DNA of 50,498 nucleotides, filler included, from an uncultured virus (IMG/VR IMGVR_UViG_2124908030_000007) (Duplodnaviria; Heunggongvirae; Uroviricota; Caudoviricetes). It is 8 parts of one record of this genome, joined end to end, with 100 filler letters (N's around TTAATTAATTAA, not from the genome) between each part and the next. Parts side by side here need not be neighbours in the genome. Positions count along the whole stretch, not along the records: positions 48,846 to 50,498 come from IMGVR_UViG_2124908030_000007; 7 more parts are not named here. One strand, given 5' to 3'. The notes beneath the pieces are model-generated. The model saw nothing but the letters and a program-made list of their open reading frames with translations, did not search any database and was not told the origin of the DNA. This document shows, one piece after another, positions 48,846 to 50,498 of the stretch. Made by a program: the position numbers and the translations under genes. The stretch's first letter is position 1. The number at the start of each line of letters is the position of its first letter.

Positions 48846-50271
48846 TACCGAGTGGGATCTTGGAACGAGTGGATCTCAAGGAAGTTTTTCACAGAACGGG
48901 AGTACTTCAGAAAATGAAATTGTCTCATACGAAGATCCGTTCGGTAAGACTGTTCCAACGTGGAAGTGTATTCCTGATAGTAACAGTGATGCTGACGGTG
49001 GATGGAATATGACTTTCACTGGAGACAATTCTACAAGACTTCGATTTTCTGTCTTCGTTAAAAGAGTTGGTGACTCAATGAACGGAAGTTATTATCATGG
49101 ATGCGATAATGGTGGAAACACACTAAACTTGGATGGCAGTACTAACGGAAATCCATACTTTCACGCAGGCAATCTTCCACAAAATAATAGATGGTATTTG
49201 CTTGTAGGAATACTACATCCTAATGGATACACTGGCGGCCAAGGAAACGTTACAGGAGTCTATGACCTCAATGGGAAGAAAGTTTCAGGCGGAACTGATT
49301 ACAAGTGGGGAACTGGAGACAGACAAGAAATGCGTAATTATCTTTTCTACAGTACTGACACTAGTGAACGACAGTATTTTGTTTACCCGAGAGTGGATGT
49401 AGTTAACGGAAACGAGCCGTCAATTGAGGCACTAGTAAATGGGCTTGATTCTCGTGTTTACGACCGAGTTTCTTCGATTAATACATCTTTACCACAACCA
49501 TTGGGCGTCTCTGAACAAAGTTCATATGTGTCAACAGTTAATGAAGTCGGCCCGGCACCGGAAAGTCTTGTTGGATGGTGGAAGCTCGACGGAGATGTGA
49601 AAGACTATTCTGGAAGTGGATATGATGCTGAAATAAGAGGTTCTCCTATATTTACAGGAAGCGATGTAGGTAATGTTATGGAATTTAATGAGTCTAATGG
49701 AGATCATCTTCCAATTAAAAATAATTTCTATGATACTGAAGATGCCTTTGATCAAATAACTGTGGCTGCTTGGGTAAAAACAACAGGTAATAATCAATAT
49801 ATAATTCAATATGATCGTTCAGAGTTTTTCCGATGTACTACTGATGTTTGGGTGACACACTCAGAAATTGATGGGTCAATAAGTGATATGAATTACAATG
49901 GATTACAAGACGGTAATTGGCACCATGTAGTTCATTGGTATGATTCAAAATCAAGCAGTTCTCAAAAGCGTGTGTATATTGATGGATCTTTACAAAAAGA
50001 ATTGGCAAACCCACATAATGGAAGTCCATTAGGGAGTACTCTCACTACATATGGTTCAATAGGCGCTTTCGGTGAATCAAGATCGTTTGATGGAGATAAT
50101 TCTCCTAGAATGACTGGGCAAATGAAAGATATTAGATTATATAATAAACCGTTAACAGAAGAAGAAATAAAAATACTATACAAAATGACAGATCCAAGAA
50201 AAAGTCAAAGAGTCATACAAACAGAAGACGGCTCGTTCATTGTAAAAGGAGAAATATCTGAGCGCCTATAA
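48846..50271 (+). CDS. LamG/concanavalin-A domain tail adhesin (5' truncated)
   Basis: LVGWWKLDG..KDYSG, TVAAWVK, DGNWHHVV, VYIDG, DIRLYNKPLT. Confidence 0.85.
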
Positions 50272-50310
50272 TAACAAAACATTTAAGTACTTAGAAAACA
50301 ATTAAAAAAT

Positions 50311-50498
50311 ATGGCTTCAGAAATTACAATTGACGTAGGTGACTTGTACGAGAATTTGTACGTTCAGTTCTCTGATAATCTTGGCGAAGAGTTTGATGAA
50401 CAACTCCGGCGAGAAGTAGAAGACTTTTTACACAATTATAATCAACAACTCGACCGACAGCTTGAGCAATCGGACGAGCTGGTAGAAGAACAAGAAAA
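50311..50498 (+). CDS. acidic hypothetical protein (runs off window)
   Basis: ATG after TTTAAGTA promoter. Confidence 0.65.
   Translation, partial: MASEITIDVGDLYENLYVQFSDNLGEEFDEQLRREVEDFLHNYNQQLDRQLEQSDELVEEQE

Noticed and set aside
1..50498. CRISPR array, inteins, integrase or IS elements
   Set aside because: No regularly spaced repeats seen; visible parts of RNR, TerL and RtcB lack intein insertions; no recombinase or transposase motifs. Gaps could hide some.

Overview
Part of a large tailed haloarchaeal virus genome (Caudoviricetes). Evidence: acidic proteins, archaeal BRE/TATA promoters with mostly leaderless starts, terminase and portal. It is a draft: contigs are joined by artificial N-TTAATTAATTAA-N linkers, with internal N gaps and several probable sequencing frameshifts. 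The left arm (mostly minus strand) has seven CCA-less tRNA genes, class I ribonucleotide reductase, a dTMP kinase fragment, an MCM-like ATPase, RtcB/MazG/RlaP/P-loop genes, a LAGLIDADG endonuclease, an HD-SLOG-HIT operon and RNase H. The right arm (plus strand) has a GIY-YIG-like nuclease, CX5R phosphatase, PolX-like N-terminal domain, Rnl2-like ligase, DinG/XPD helicase, SPFH protein, bacterial-type CCA-adding enzyme, C5 methyltransferase, packaging genes and a LamG adhesin. Most notable: (1) a two-gene module (Hsp90/rIIA-like GHKL ATPase plus uncharacterised partner) present twice, one on each arm; (2) a broad tRNA repair/maturation toolkit; (3) two promoter-driven candidate small RNAs, one made largely of Shine-Dalgarno-like GGAG repeats; (4) a coupled HD+SLOG+HIT operon. 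Protein calls come from motif recognition by eye, not database searches.
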